Origin: a virus
DNA: 43,512 nt
IMG/VR virus record: IMGVR_UViG_3300045988_100685
Reading direction: 5' to 3' (one strand)
Positions 16,339 to 27,000 of this stretch are shown here, one piece after another. Position 1 is the first letter of the stretch; every line of letters begins with the position of its first letter. The notes below the pieces were generated by a model, which was not told the origin of the DNA, ran no database searches, and saw only the letters and a program-made list of their open reading frames with translations. The position numbers and the translations under genes are program-made.

Positions 16339-18129
16339 ATGCCGTATTACTCTACGCTTGAGGAAACGAGCCAGTCAAGACAGATGTTCGATTCCTTCGG
16401 CGGGTACAATCACAACTTGAGAATAGCGGAGGGCGAGTGGTACGACACAAAGAACCTGACCTCCGACTACTACCCGGTTATGAGCCAGCGCGGCAAGCGC
16501 GGGCTTTATCTGACGCTTGACAAGCCGCAGGGGATTATTGCAAAGGACGCTATCGCGTACATAAACGACGGCGTGCTGTACTACAACAATATTTCGATGG
16601 CGAACTATATGCCGAATGTGCATATATCCGAGGGCGAAAAGACCCTTTTGAGCATGGGGGCTTACCTTTGCGTATTCCCGGACGGCATTTATTTTAATAC
16701 CGAGAACTTCGAGGACAACGGCTATATGGGCAGGACGAACGGCATTGTCGCCGCTTCCGACAATATAACCTATCAGATCTGCAAGATGAACGGCGATACA
16801 ATCACCGTTAAGACCGTAGGCGACACTGAGCCGGATAACCCCGCCAATGCGGAATACTGGCTTGATACCAGCAACAACGACAATCACGTGCTTAAGGTTT
16901 ACAGCAGCGCAACAAATATATGGGCGGAGGTTGCCACTGTATATGTAAAGATAAGCGCTACCGGGATAGGCACAGGGCTTACAAAATACGACGGCGTGAC
17001 CATCAGCGGCGCGGCGGCTCCGGAGGGCAGCGGCGAAAGCGTAAAAAAACAGATTGAGAAGCTTAACGGAACGGTGGTTATCTATGATTGCGGCGAAAAC
17101 TATATAACGGTTATAGGGCTTTTGGATGCCGTTGTTACCCAGACAAGCGGCACTCTTAAAATTGCGCGGGAAGTGCCGGATATGGATTTTGTAACGGAGT
17201 GCGGTAACCGCCTTTGGGGCTGCAAGTACGGAGTTGTGAACGGCAAAACGGTAAACGAGCTTTACTGCTGCGTGCTCGGGGACTTTAAGAACTGGCGGCG
17301 TTATCTCGGAGTATCTACGGACGCATGGAGCGCGGGGGTGGGCACGGACGGAAGATTTACAGGTGCGATTACGCACCTCGGCTATCCGCTCTTTTTCAAG
17401 GAGGACTGCGTGCATAAAATTTATCCCTCCGCCTCCGGTGCTCATCAGGTGGTAACCATCAACTGCCGCGGCGTTCAGCGAGGAAGCGAGCGCAGTCTTG
17501 CAATCGTTAATGAGGTACTTTATTACAAGAGCAGAACAGACGTGTGTGCCTTTGACGGAAGTTTGCCGCAGACGGTGAGCACGGCGCTCGGCAACGAGCA
17601 TTTTTCCGATGCTCATGCGGGCTCGTGCGGGGATAAATACTATGTCTCCATGAAAAATGAGCACGGAGAATGGAACCTGTTCGCCTATGACGTGCTCAAA
17701 AGCATATGGATAAAGGAGGACGGTGCTCAAGCGACGGCGTTCACCGAAAAGGGCAACGATTTGTATATGCTCACGGCGGATGGGCGCGTGCTCACGATTA
17801 AGGGCACAGCGGGAACGCCGGAGGAAACATGCGTTGAGTGGTTCGCGGAAAGCGGCGTAATCGGCTTTGAATACCCGGACAAAAAGTATTTGAGCAGGTT
17901 CAATTTCCGCATGAGCATGGCAAAGGGCAGCAAGGCGGATTTCTATTTGCAGTACGACAGCAGCGGCTTGTGGGAGCATATGGGGCATATAGAGGGCAGC
18001 GACCTTCGTACCTTTACCCTACCCATTCGCCCGCGGCGCTGCGACAATCTGAAAATGAAAATAAGCGGCAGCGGCGAATTTAAGCTTTACTCCATTGCAA
18101 GAATACTGGAAGTGGGGAGCGATTATTAA
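16339..18129 (+). CDS. Large tail/virion structural protein
   Basis: ATG at 16339 with SD aaggagg 8 nt upstream, preferred over the track start at 16246. The 596-aa protein is beta-rich, with repeated aromatic/Gly motifs suggesting a propeller-like fold. Function is inferred from position. Confidence 0.6.
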   Translation: MPYYSTLEETSQSRQMFDSFGGYNHNLRIAEGEWYDTKNLTSDYYPVMSQRGKRGLYLTLDKPQGIIAKDAIAYINDGVLYYNNISMANYMPNVHISEGEKTLLSMGAYLCVFPDGIYFNTENFEDNGYMGRTNGIVAASDNITYQICKMNGDTITVKTVGDTEPDNPANAEYWLDTSNNDNHVLKVYSSATNIWAEVATVYVKISATGIGTGLTKYDGVTISGAAAPEGSGESVKKQIEKLNGTVVIYDCGENYITVIGLLDAVVTQTSGTLKIAREVPDMDFVTECGNRLWGCKYGVVNGKTVNELYCCVLGDFKNWRRYLGVSTDAWSAGVGTDGRFTGAITHLGYPLFFKEDCVHKIYPSASGAHQVVTINCRGVQRGSERSLAIVNEVLYYKSRTDVCAFDGSLPQTVSTALGNEHFSDAHAGSCGDKYYVSMKNEHGEWNLFAYDVLKSIWIKEDGAQATAFTEKGNDLYMLTADGRVLTIKGTAGTPEETCVEWFAESGVIGFEYPDKKYLSRFNFRMSMAKGSKADFYLQYDSSGLWEHMGHIEGSDLRTFTLPIRPRRCDNLKMKISGSGEFKLYSIARILEVGSDY

Positions 18130-19710
18130 ATGGGCAGCTTACAAATTGCATATCCCGAAATTGCCGGGAGCGGCGAGCAGCAGCTTTTAGGCATAAAGAA
18201 ATATCTCTTTCAGCTTACGGAGCAATTAAATCTTGCGGATTGGAGTGCTAACGCCGTCTTTACGGAGGCGGCGCAGGCGGTTGACGCCGAAAAAGGAGCG
18301 GGAACGGGAGAAAACGAAACCGCCGGAAAGCTTGCGGAATATTCGGCGCTGAGAAGCCTTATAATAAAAACCGCCGACTATGCCATTGAGAACAGCGAAA
18401 GCATAAATCTTCGGCTTAAATCCTCAATGAAAGCTATATCCGACTTCGGCGAACTGGCAGAAAACCTGCAAAACGACATAACGGTTGCTTCCGACGGAAT
18501 AAATCAGCTTTTCGGTTATACTGCTGGTATAAACAACGACAAGGGCACTTGGAGCGTTGACACGAAGCAGTATATTAAGACCGGACTGCTCTATTATGAC
18601 AGCGGCTTGCCTGTTTACGGCGTGGGCGTGGGCATTATAGACACCACGCTGACAAACAACGAGGAAGTTATTGATATTGCGAAAAACAAGCTTGCAACAT
18701 TCACGGCAAGCGAGATTGCCTTTTGGCAGCAGGGCTTGAAGGTGGCGTACATAACCGCCGGAGCTATAAACTTCCCCGCTGCAAACATCACCGGCGGCAG
18801 CATTAACATAGGTGGCGGCAATTTCAGCGTGACGAGCGGCGGCTTGCTCACCGCAAAGGGCGCGAATATCTCCGGCACGGTGACCGCCACGGCGGGAACT
18901 ATCGGCGGATGCAGCATTATAAACGGCACCTTGAAGGTGGGAAGCGCAAACATAGATAATATTTCCGCCAACCAAATTACCTCCGGTACGCTTTCGGCAA
19001 GCAGGATTTCCGGCGGTGAGCTCAACTGCTCGACGCTTACCATAAGCGGCTTTAGCGTAACGGCAGGAATGATTGCAAACGGGCTTATTACCAGTGCAAA
19101 AATCAGCAGCCTTTCCTCTACAAAGGTCACTAACGGAAACTTTACGCAGATAAACAATATATATTTGCAGGACGACAGCTCCGCTTTTAACACAAATTAT
19201 TATAGAAATAAATCAGGGTACAGCATGCTGTCGGGCGTTGGGAACACGACGATATTTCTCGGCGAGGGTTTTTCTTCGGTTAACTGTTATGCGACTTATT
19301 TTAATCCGAAAACGAATGACTATGGCAATATAGGAACAGTATCAAAAGTTTGGAACTCGATTTTTTGTACGGTACTCAGCCAAAGCTCCGACCGAAAGCT
19401 GAAAAAAGACATTACAAGCCTTTCTGTGAGCGACTGCGCAAGCCTTGTGCGGGGTTTGCGCCCGGTAAGCTATAAGTGGAAGAGCGGCGAGGACACGGCG
19501 ACGCATTACGGCTTTATTGCACAGGAGGTGGACGAGGCGCTTTCTACGGCGGGAATCAGCGGGACAGGAATTGTATCGAAAACACACCTTGACACGGCGC
19601 ACACGGAGTTCTTTACAAAATACGGATTGGCGTACAACGAGGTTATTCCGGTGATAACAAAGTTTATACAGCAGCTTGACGCACGAATAACGGCGCTTGA
19701 ACAAAAATAA
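18130..19710 (+). CDS. Tail fibre/spike with C-terminal S74 intramolecular chaperone (autoproteolytic) domain
   Basis: The C-terminus SDRKLKKDI.....D...LVRGLRPVSYKWKSGEDTATHYGFIAQEVDEAL...YNEVIPV is the peptidase S74 chaperone signature. The central part holds Gly/Ser/Thr-rich beta-helix-like repeats (ITGGSINIGGGNFSVTSGG...). Confidence 0.85.
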   Translation: MGSLQIAYPEIAGSGEQQLLGIKKYLFQLTEQLNLADWSANAVFTEAAQAVDAEKGAGTGENETAGKLAEYSALRSLIIKTADYAIENSESINLRLKSSMKAISDFGELAENLQNDITVASDGINQLFGYTAGINNDKGTWSVDTKQYIKTGLLYYDSGLPVYGVGVGIIDTTLTNNEEVIDIAKNKLATFTASEIAFWQQGLKVAYITAGAINFPAANITGGSINIGGGNFSVTSGGLLTAKGANISGTVTATAGTIGGCSIINGTLKVGSANIDNISANQITSGTLSASRISGGELNCSTLTISGFSVTAGMIANGLITSAKISSLSSTKVTNGNFTQINNIYLQDDSSAFNTNYYRNKSGYSMLSGVGNTTIFLGEGFSSVNCYATYFNPKTNDYGNIGTVSKVWNSIFCTVLSQSSDRKLKKDITSLSVSDCASLVRGLRPVSYKWKSGEDTATHYGFIAQEVDEALSTAGISGTGIVSKTHLDTAHTEFFTKYGLAYNEVIPVITKFIQQLDARITALEQK

Positions 19711-19743
19711 GGGGCGGGGGTAGAAGATACCCCTGCCCTTTTT
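19709..19743 (+). terminator. Intrinsic terminator (GCGGGGGTAGA family)
   Basis: AAGGGGCGGGGG pairs with CCCCTGCCCTT, with one bulge and one G-U pair. The loop is TAGAAGATA, followed by T5. Confidence 0.65.
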
Positions 19744-19775
19744 ATATTATGGTGGCAGAAAGCGAGGTTGATTTT

Positions 19776-19967
19776 ATGAGCGAAAAGCAGAAAACGATAA
19801 CAGTGTTAATTTCCGAGTTTAAGACAAGCATTTTTAATGCGGTAAATGACAGCGGACTTCCGGCGGCGGTTATAGAGCCGATTTTGGGGAGCTTATATCA
19901 GCAGGTGGCGGCTATTGCCGCGGCACAGCTTGAAAAAGATAAATTGCAGGAGGAGGAGAAAGAATGA
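19776..19967 (+). CDS. Small hypothetical protein
   Basis: ATG at 19776 with a gcgaggt SD-like sequence 7 nt upstream. 63 aa, helical, with an acidic C-terminus. Confidence 0.45.
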   Translation: MSEKQKTITVLISEFKTSIFNAVNDSGLPAAVIEPILGSLYQQVAAIAAAQLEKDKLQEEEKE

Positions 19968-21064
19968 TTGCAGGAGGACGTTTTACCAACGTGGTGAATT
20001 ATAATGACGGCGGAGGCGGACGCTATAAAAAGAAGGATGAGTCGACAACGCCGCCGAAGCAGGACAGCGGAGAGTATAAGGGCTATTCTTTTGCGGGAAG
20101 CTATAAAGCTCCGAGTTATTCCTATTCGGTTTCCGGGTACGACCCCGCGAGCGACAGGGCGTACCAGCAGGCACTTTCCGCTTTGCAATCGGCATACGGA
20201 AACACCCCGACATACACCCCTACATACGACGCTCAGATTAACGATATTTATAACCAAATAATGAACAGGGGCAAGTTTAAGTACAGCCTTTCCAGCGACC
20301 CGCTTTATCAGGAAGCGCGGGAGCAGTACACCGGACAGGGGCAAATGGCGATGATGAATACCATGGGACAGGCGGCGGCTCTGACCGGAGGCTACGGCAG
20401 CAGCTACAGCCAAGCGGTGGGACAGCAGCAGTACAACGCCTACCTTCAAAACCTGAACCAGCTTGTTCCGGAGTATTACGACCGGGCATTTAACCAGTGG
20501 CAGGCGGAGGGCAGCGACCTTTACAATAAATACGGGCTTACCAAAGACCTTGCGGATACGGAATACGGCAAGTACCGCGACCAAATGAGCGACTACTGGA
20601 ACAATGTCGATTACCTTGCCAACCAAGAAAGCAGCGCCTACAACCGCGGGTTTGAAAACCACTGGAACACCGAAAATGCGAATATGAGCAACTATTGGAA
20701 CTCCGCCAACATTGCGAACACAAACTACTGGAAAAGCCAAGAGATGGCGTTTGATAACTATTGGAAAAGCGTAAACGCTGCGCTTTCGCAGCAGAAAGCA
20801 GCCGCAAGCGGCAGCGGCAGCGGAACGAGCGGCAGCGAGTATTCTTCTTCGCAATACAAGCAGTTCGTAGAAAACCTTGATAACATCAATTTGAACGTAC
20901 AAGCCAACGCCAAGGCGAGCGGTCAAGCGACGGCGGCAGCAAGAGCAAGAGAAATAAACTCTGCCGTTATGAGCGGAAGAATAAGTGAAAGCGATGCAGA
21001 CTTGCTTTTAAGAAAGTATGGCATAAGTTCGGACTACTTCGACAAAGTGAACGGCTATAAATAA
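19964..21064 (+). CDS. Hypothetical virion protein with N-Y-W repeat motifs
   Basis: 366 aa. It contains five copies of a [DN]-[YH]-W-[NK] motif (SDYWNN, ENHWNT, SNYWNS, TNYWKS, DNYWKS) about 11-14 residues apart, and is rich in Gln/Tyr/Ser. Confidence 0.55.
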   Translation: MIAGGRFTNVVNYNDGGGGRYKKKDESTTPPKQDSGEYKGYSFAGSYKAPSYSYSVSGYDPASDRAYQQALSALQSAYGNTPTYTPTYDAQINDIYNQIMNRGKFKYSLSSDPLYQEAREQYTGQGQMAMMNTMGQAAALTGGYGSSYSQAVGQQQYNAYLQNLNQLVPEYYDRAFNQWQAEGSDLYNKYGLTKDLADTEYGKYRDQMSDYWNNVDYLANQESSAYNRGFENHWNTENANMSNYWNSANIANTNYWKSQEMAFDNYWKSVNAALSQQKAAASGSGSGTSGSEYSSSQYKQFVENLDNINLNVQANAKASGQATAAARAREINSAVMSGRISESDADLLLRKYGISSDYFDKVNGYK

Positions 21065-21080
21065 TCGGAGGGCTTAATTT

Positions 21081-24000
21081 ATGAATTGGGCTGAAAGAAG
21101 AAGCATATACGAAAACAACCAGAAGACAGGCTCTAATACTACTGTAAGTTCAAGCGACCAATGGGCGGAACGCCGGAAGAAGTATAATTCCGGCGATATT
21201 ATTACTCCGCAGCAAAGAATGACGCAGGAACGAGTGCAAAGACAGCAGCAACAGTATTTGACGCAAAAAGCCGAATACGACAAGCAGCAGGCGGAGTATA
21301 ACCGCCTGCTGGGGCTTGACCTTGAAGAAGCGGGCAGACTGCGCACGAGCGCGAAAACCAGCCTTGATATGCTGAAAGATGCGAGAACCAAAATCGGGGC
21401 GGAGCTTAACACCCAAACTACAGGCATCAAGGCTTCCGGTATGAATCACAAAAAAATATCGGCGCTGCGAAATCAGATTAAAAGCCTTGATGAGCAAATT
21501 GCCGCAGCACAAAAGAGCTACGATGACAAAACATACGATTACCAGTACGCAAACCTATATCAAAAGCAAGCGGAACAGGAAAAGCTGATTAAGGAGCACG
21601 GCGATTATCAAGCGACCGTAAGCGATGCCATAGACGACCCTTATTATCGTAAAGTTAATAATCTTTTGGGCGTAAAAAGCAAAGCCGACCTTTACAGCAA
21701 AAGAAGCCAAAACAAGCTGCTGGGTGAAAACAGCGGCAAAATCATGTCGGAAATGACCGACGAGGAGCGCAACACCTATAATTACATTTTTGACACCGAG
21801 GGCAGAGAAGCTGCAAAAGAGTATATGGAAATACTTGAATACAGCCTTGCTTCGCGGTACAAAAAGAGCAGAACCGAGGACGCGCAGGAGATGGCGAACA
21901 GCGGCTTCGGAGGAGCGGCGGCGGGCACTGCACTGTCCATTATGGAGGGCGCAGTTAGCGACACCGGCGGAGGATTGGGCTTTTATCTCCAAAAAGGATT
22001 GAGGGATATAGGCTGGGCGGACGACAGCCTTCCTATAAACTACGAAAAAACCTTTGCGACTTCCACATGGAGCAATGCGCTTCAGGAACAGGTTTCGCAG
22101 AATATTACAGACAGCGGCAAAGACCTTTTCACTATCGGAGATTATACGTTCAACACCGGCAAAGCCGGAGCTTTTCTTTACGGCACAGGCGTTTCCATTG
22201 CGGACAACATGGCGCGAAATCTTATTTTTGCACCGTTTGGCAGCGCCGGAACACTGACCGTAATGGCGGCGAGAGTGGCAGGACAGAGCGTAAACGAGGC
22301 GCTTTCCCGCGGAGCTACGGAGGACGAGGCGGCCGCTTACGGCGTATCATCCGCAATAGGTGAGGTAATAGGCGAGGTCGCACCGCTTGATCATTTGCTT
22401 GGTATGGTAAACGCCGACCCTAAGACCGGGAAAGAGTGGCTTAAAGCTATTCTGAAACAGGCGGGGCTTGAAGCGTCCGGCGAGGCTATTACCACCGTGT
22501 GGAACGACCTTGTTTCCGCACAGGCGCTTGGCGATTTAAGCGACTACAATATGGCAAAAGCCGAGTATATACAGCAGGGCATGAGCGAAAAGGAAGCGGA
22601 AAAGCAGGCAACCAAGGACGCGCTGCACCAGATTTTCCTTGACGCGCTGGGCGGAGCGATTTCCGGTGTTGCAATGGGCGGCGGCGCTTCGGTTGTAAAC
22701 CGTACGGTTAGCCGCGCATCCGGCACGAGAGCGGAAAGCAATATAGCCTCCTCCCTTGTTTCCGACATTGACGAAAGCGAAGTTCAGAAGCGGGCGGCAA
22801 GGTATGAGAAAAAGGGCATGAGCACCGAGGAAGCCACTCAGAAAACCCGAGAAGACATCCAAAATAAAAAGGCAAAAGAATACACCGAGCGGGGAATGAG
22901 CGCCGAGGAGGCCGCAGGGGCGGTCAAGGCGGACGATATTGCCACGGAGGAAAGAAACAAAAAGCTGCGCGAGGAAATTCTTGACCGAGGGCTGAATGCC
23001 GAGGAAGGCAGCAAAGCCAACACCGCCGCAAAAGCAATTCAGGAAAAGCTGAAAAGCGGCGAAAGCGTGAGCGCCGACGAGTGGAAGAACCTTATCAAGA
23101 GCACCAGAGCGCAGGTCAGCCTTGCCGAAACCAAGGACGCCATAAAAAAAGCCGCCCAAAATAGCGGAGAAAGCCTTGCGGACACCGATGTTGACGTTAT
23201 GGCGGCGGCGATGGAAAAGAACTTCCAGGGCAAGAATATGTCCGAGGCGGAAAATAAGCTGATTAAGGGCAGCGAGGCGGCGAAAAAGGCTTACAGCGAG
23301 CTTACCGGGCTTAATTACGAGACGGGCAAGGTTATCCCCGAAATTGTTGAAGAAAAGAAAAAAGCGGCTATAAGGGACATTCTGGGCGAACAGGTGACCG
23401 ACTATGCCGGAGAGAACCGCAGCAACGGCTACAAAAACGCCCTTTCCAAGACATACAGGGCGTACCTGAGCCTTGTTGAGGAAGCTAACGCCGGAGATAT
23501 AGCGCAGTTACAGGCAAAGCTTAGCCCGGAGGGCTATGCGCAGCTTTTCAGCGAGTTCTACGAGTTCGGCAAAAGCGGTGAATATTCCGCTGATGTGCTG
23601 AAAGCAGACCTTGAAAAGCGCGGAGCAGTTCGCGGGGAAGCGCTGAAAGCCCTTGAAACCGCGTATGAGCTGGGCAGAAGCGAAGCTAAGAGCGGCGGAA
23701 TAAAGAACGCAAAGGTGCGGCAGGCGGAGCTTAACGCAAAAAAGCACGCCGAAAGGGAGAAAAAAGCGACTGCGCCGAAGGGCGTTGCACGCTCCATCAC
23801 CGAAAAAGAGTTTAAAACCGACGCGGCGAAGAACGCCGGGGCAAAGAGCATTGATATGAAGAAGCATTTTTCGCAGAAGCAGAGATATGCTATCGCTGTT
23901 GCACGCGAGTTTGCCAAAATGACCGACATAAACATTGTTTTTTATCAGACCGAGGACGGCAAGGGCGCGAACGGCTGGTATGACCGCGAAACGGACACTA

Positions 24001-27000
24001 TTTATATAGACCTTTTCTCCGGCTTTAACAATGAACAGGCAATGCTTAGAACCCTTTCTCACGAGCTGACGCACTTTATGGAGAAGTACAGCCCGGAGCA
24101 TTACGAGGAGTACAAGCAGTTCCTACTTGAGTATTACTACAACAAGGACAACGGCGAAACCCTAAGCAGGCTTGTTGAACAGGAAAAGAAGCTTGCGCCG
24201 AACCAAAGCGCCGAGTATTGGCAGAATGAAATCGTTGCGAACGCAAGCGAGATGTTCATAAACGACGAATCCGCTATGCGGGCGCTTATAAGCGAGCACG
24301 CGGACGTTGCGCAGACGGTCGACAACTGGTTCAAAAAGATGAACTATGCCCTGCGCCGGGCGTTCAAGGGCGTTGTGACGAGCGGCAGCGCCGAGGCGGA
24401 CGCCGCGAAGGAGCTGCAAGCAAACGTTGAAGCTTTTTCCGAAGCGCAGAAACGATGGAGCGCCCTGCTGAAAGAAAGCGTTGAAGCGAAAAAGGCGGTC
24501 GGTACGGCGGAGGAGAGCGGAGATGTAAGGTTCTCAAAACGAGTTGATTCCGACTACATGAAAGCCGTTGAAAACGGCGATACAGAAACCGCGCAGAAGC
24601 TTGTGGACGAAGCGGCAAGGGCGGCGGGGTATGATTCCGAACCGATCTATCACGGGACACAAAACTTCGGCTTTACAAAGCTTGATGTGTCAAAATCTGA
24701 TGATGAAATTTCTTTCTTTGCGACTTCAAACCTCGATATGGCGCAAACATACAGCGGTAAAAGCGGAACTAAGAAAATAAATGAAGCTCTTGGCGATATA
24801 AACAGTCTTACGGAAGAAGAAGTTGTTGACAGATTAAACAAAGAATCTGTGACGGACGGCTATGGGATGGGAAGCAAATACCGCATTATGCGCCCGGCGG
24901 ACGTAAAGGCGTTTTTGGCTGATGTAGACAAGAGAATTGAAAAGCTTGATGATGTTGTGGAAAGAAAAACCACGGAATATGCCGATAGGCTTGCAACGGA
25001 TTTTAACGATGCGAATTTACGAGCGCACAGTAAACTTGTTGCACTTTCTGAGGCTTTGCAATTTTATAACTACGACAAGATGTCAACGCCGCTTTGGATG
25101 CTGCTAAATAATACAGATGTGTTTAACAGCGCCGAAAAAAAGCGTTATGGTAATCTTGAAGCTGATATAAGGCTAAGAAACGGACTTACGGCGAAAAAAG
25201 GTATTGACGAAGGAGCGGTTATAAGAGAAAGCCTCGACCGTTACGAAATAAGAGTTAAAACCTTTGAGGAAGCAAAAAACGAGCTTGCGGCAAACGCCGC
25301 TTCCGGCAACTATGTTCTTCGCGGCAAAACGGATGGATTGCTCGAAATCGACGGCAACGGTCACAACTGGAACGATATTTTTGCAACGCTTGAACCGAAA
25401 GGCGGAAATACATTACGGGCGGAGTATGACTTTTCGACAAGTTCCGTTAAATTGAGCGACAAAAACGGAGAATTTGCGAATATCCCGGCAAGAACCCTTT
25501 CGGAAGCTGAGCCTGCTATGGCAAGGGCAATAACAAAGCATTACGGAAGTTATTTTGCTTCAACGGTTTTTGCGCAGGCAAGAGACCAACTTCGCAGCAG
25601 TGCAACCGCAAAGGTTGCTATAAAAACAACCGGAAAAACCGATACGCGAAATATTGCACAGTTTGCAAAAGAACAGGGCTACCGTGGAGTTAAAATTACT
25701 GATATTTACGACAACGGCGGCAGGGGCGCGAATGCAGACGCAGGAAATGTATACATATATTTTAATCCTCAAGAAGACGTTAAATCCGCCGACGCAGTAA
25801 CCTATGACGACGAGGGCAAGGTTATCCCGCTTTCCGAGAGGTTTAATGCGAAGAATGATGATATTCGGTATTCGATGCGGGGCGAAAATTGGAAGCCCAC
25901 TCTTGACAAAGTGGAGTGGAGAATTGTAAACTATGCTATAGAAAACAAAACCGGCAAAGAGCTTACGGAAACGACAGACTACTTTTTCCGCAAAGAAAAA
26001 GGAAAAACGGTGTTCGGTATTTACAGCACAGACGATTCAACACTGCTTTATGCCGTGCACGGAGAAAGAGCGACAAGTGAACACGACTTTTTAATCTTTG
26101 TTTTGGAGGCAATGAGCAATGAGAATATCGATAGAAAAAATGCAGGAAATACTGGTACGCTGCTTAGCCAGATTGGGTTGCAGCAAAATAGGCGTTCTGG
26201 TAATAATGGCGGAGCTGCAGAACCCGGACGATACGTGGGAAATGTTAACGTATATTTCGGAAAATCCAAAAGCGACGCCAGCGGAGCTTTACGAAATGTC
26301 CTCAAAAATATCTTCGGCGAGAGACAGACTGATGGAAGCAGAGAAAGCGGAGAACCCGGAGGAAGCAGAGGATTAACCGTTTCCGATCTCGGCAAAATCC
26401 AATACCAGCTCCGTATTGAGGACAAGAACCGCCTTGACATTCTGGATAAGCAGGAAACGAGGCTGACCGCAGACCTTAAAACCCTTGAAAAAGCGTATGC
26501 GGAAGCAATCAGAGCCGAGTACGAGCGCAGCATAAAGCCCAGCGAGGAAACGAGCAGACGCGCCGCAGAAATAAACAAAAAAGCGGCGAAGCGCTATATG
26601 AACGAGGTGGGCGCTACATTCCACGTGCCGAAGGACGAAAGAAGCCTGTATCTGCTGCCGATAATCAACGAGATAATCGACAAGGGACCTACCATAAGCG
26701 AAAGTGAGGGGCTGATTGAGCAGCTTTACAGAGAGGCTTACCGCCATTCGCAGGAGTATATTGTGGACGACGGAGGACTTTATAAAAAGGAGCGGGACGC
26801 TCTGCGCAATATGGCGATATATGTTGACCCCGGCACGAGGAGCGACGTTGGCGATTACGAAAGATTCCGTAAAAATAATATGGGAAGCTTGAAGCTTACA
26901 GGTGACCCAAGCGCAAACTCCCTTGACGGTTTGTATGATATGCTTGCGAACAACTACCCCGATTTTTTCAGCGGCTCTACCGACGGCGCAGAACAGCTTT

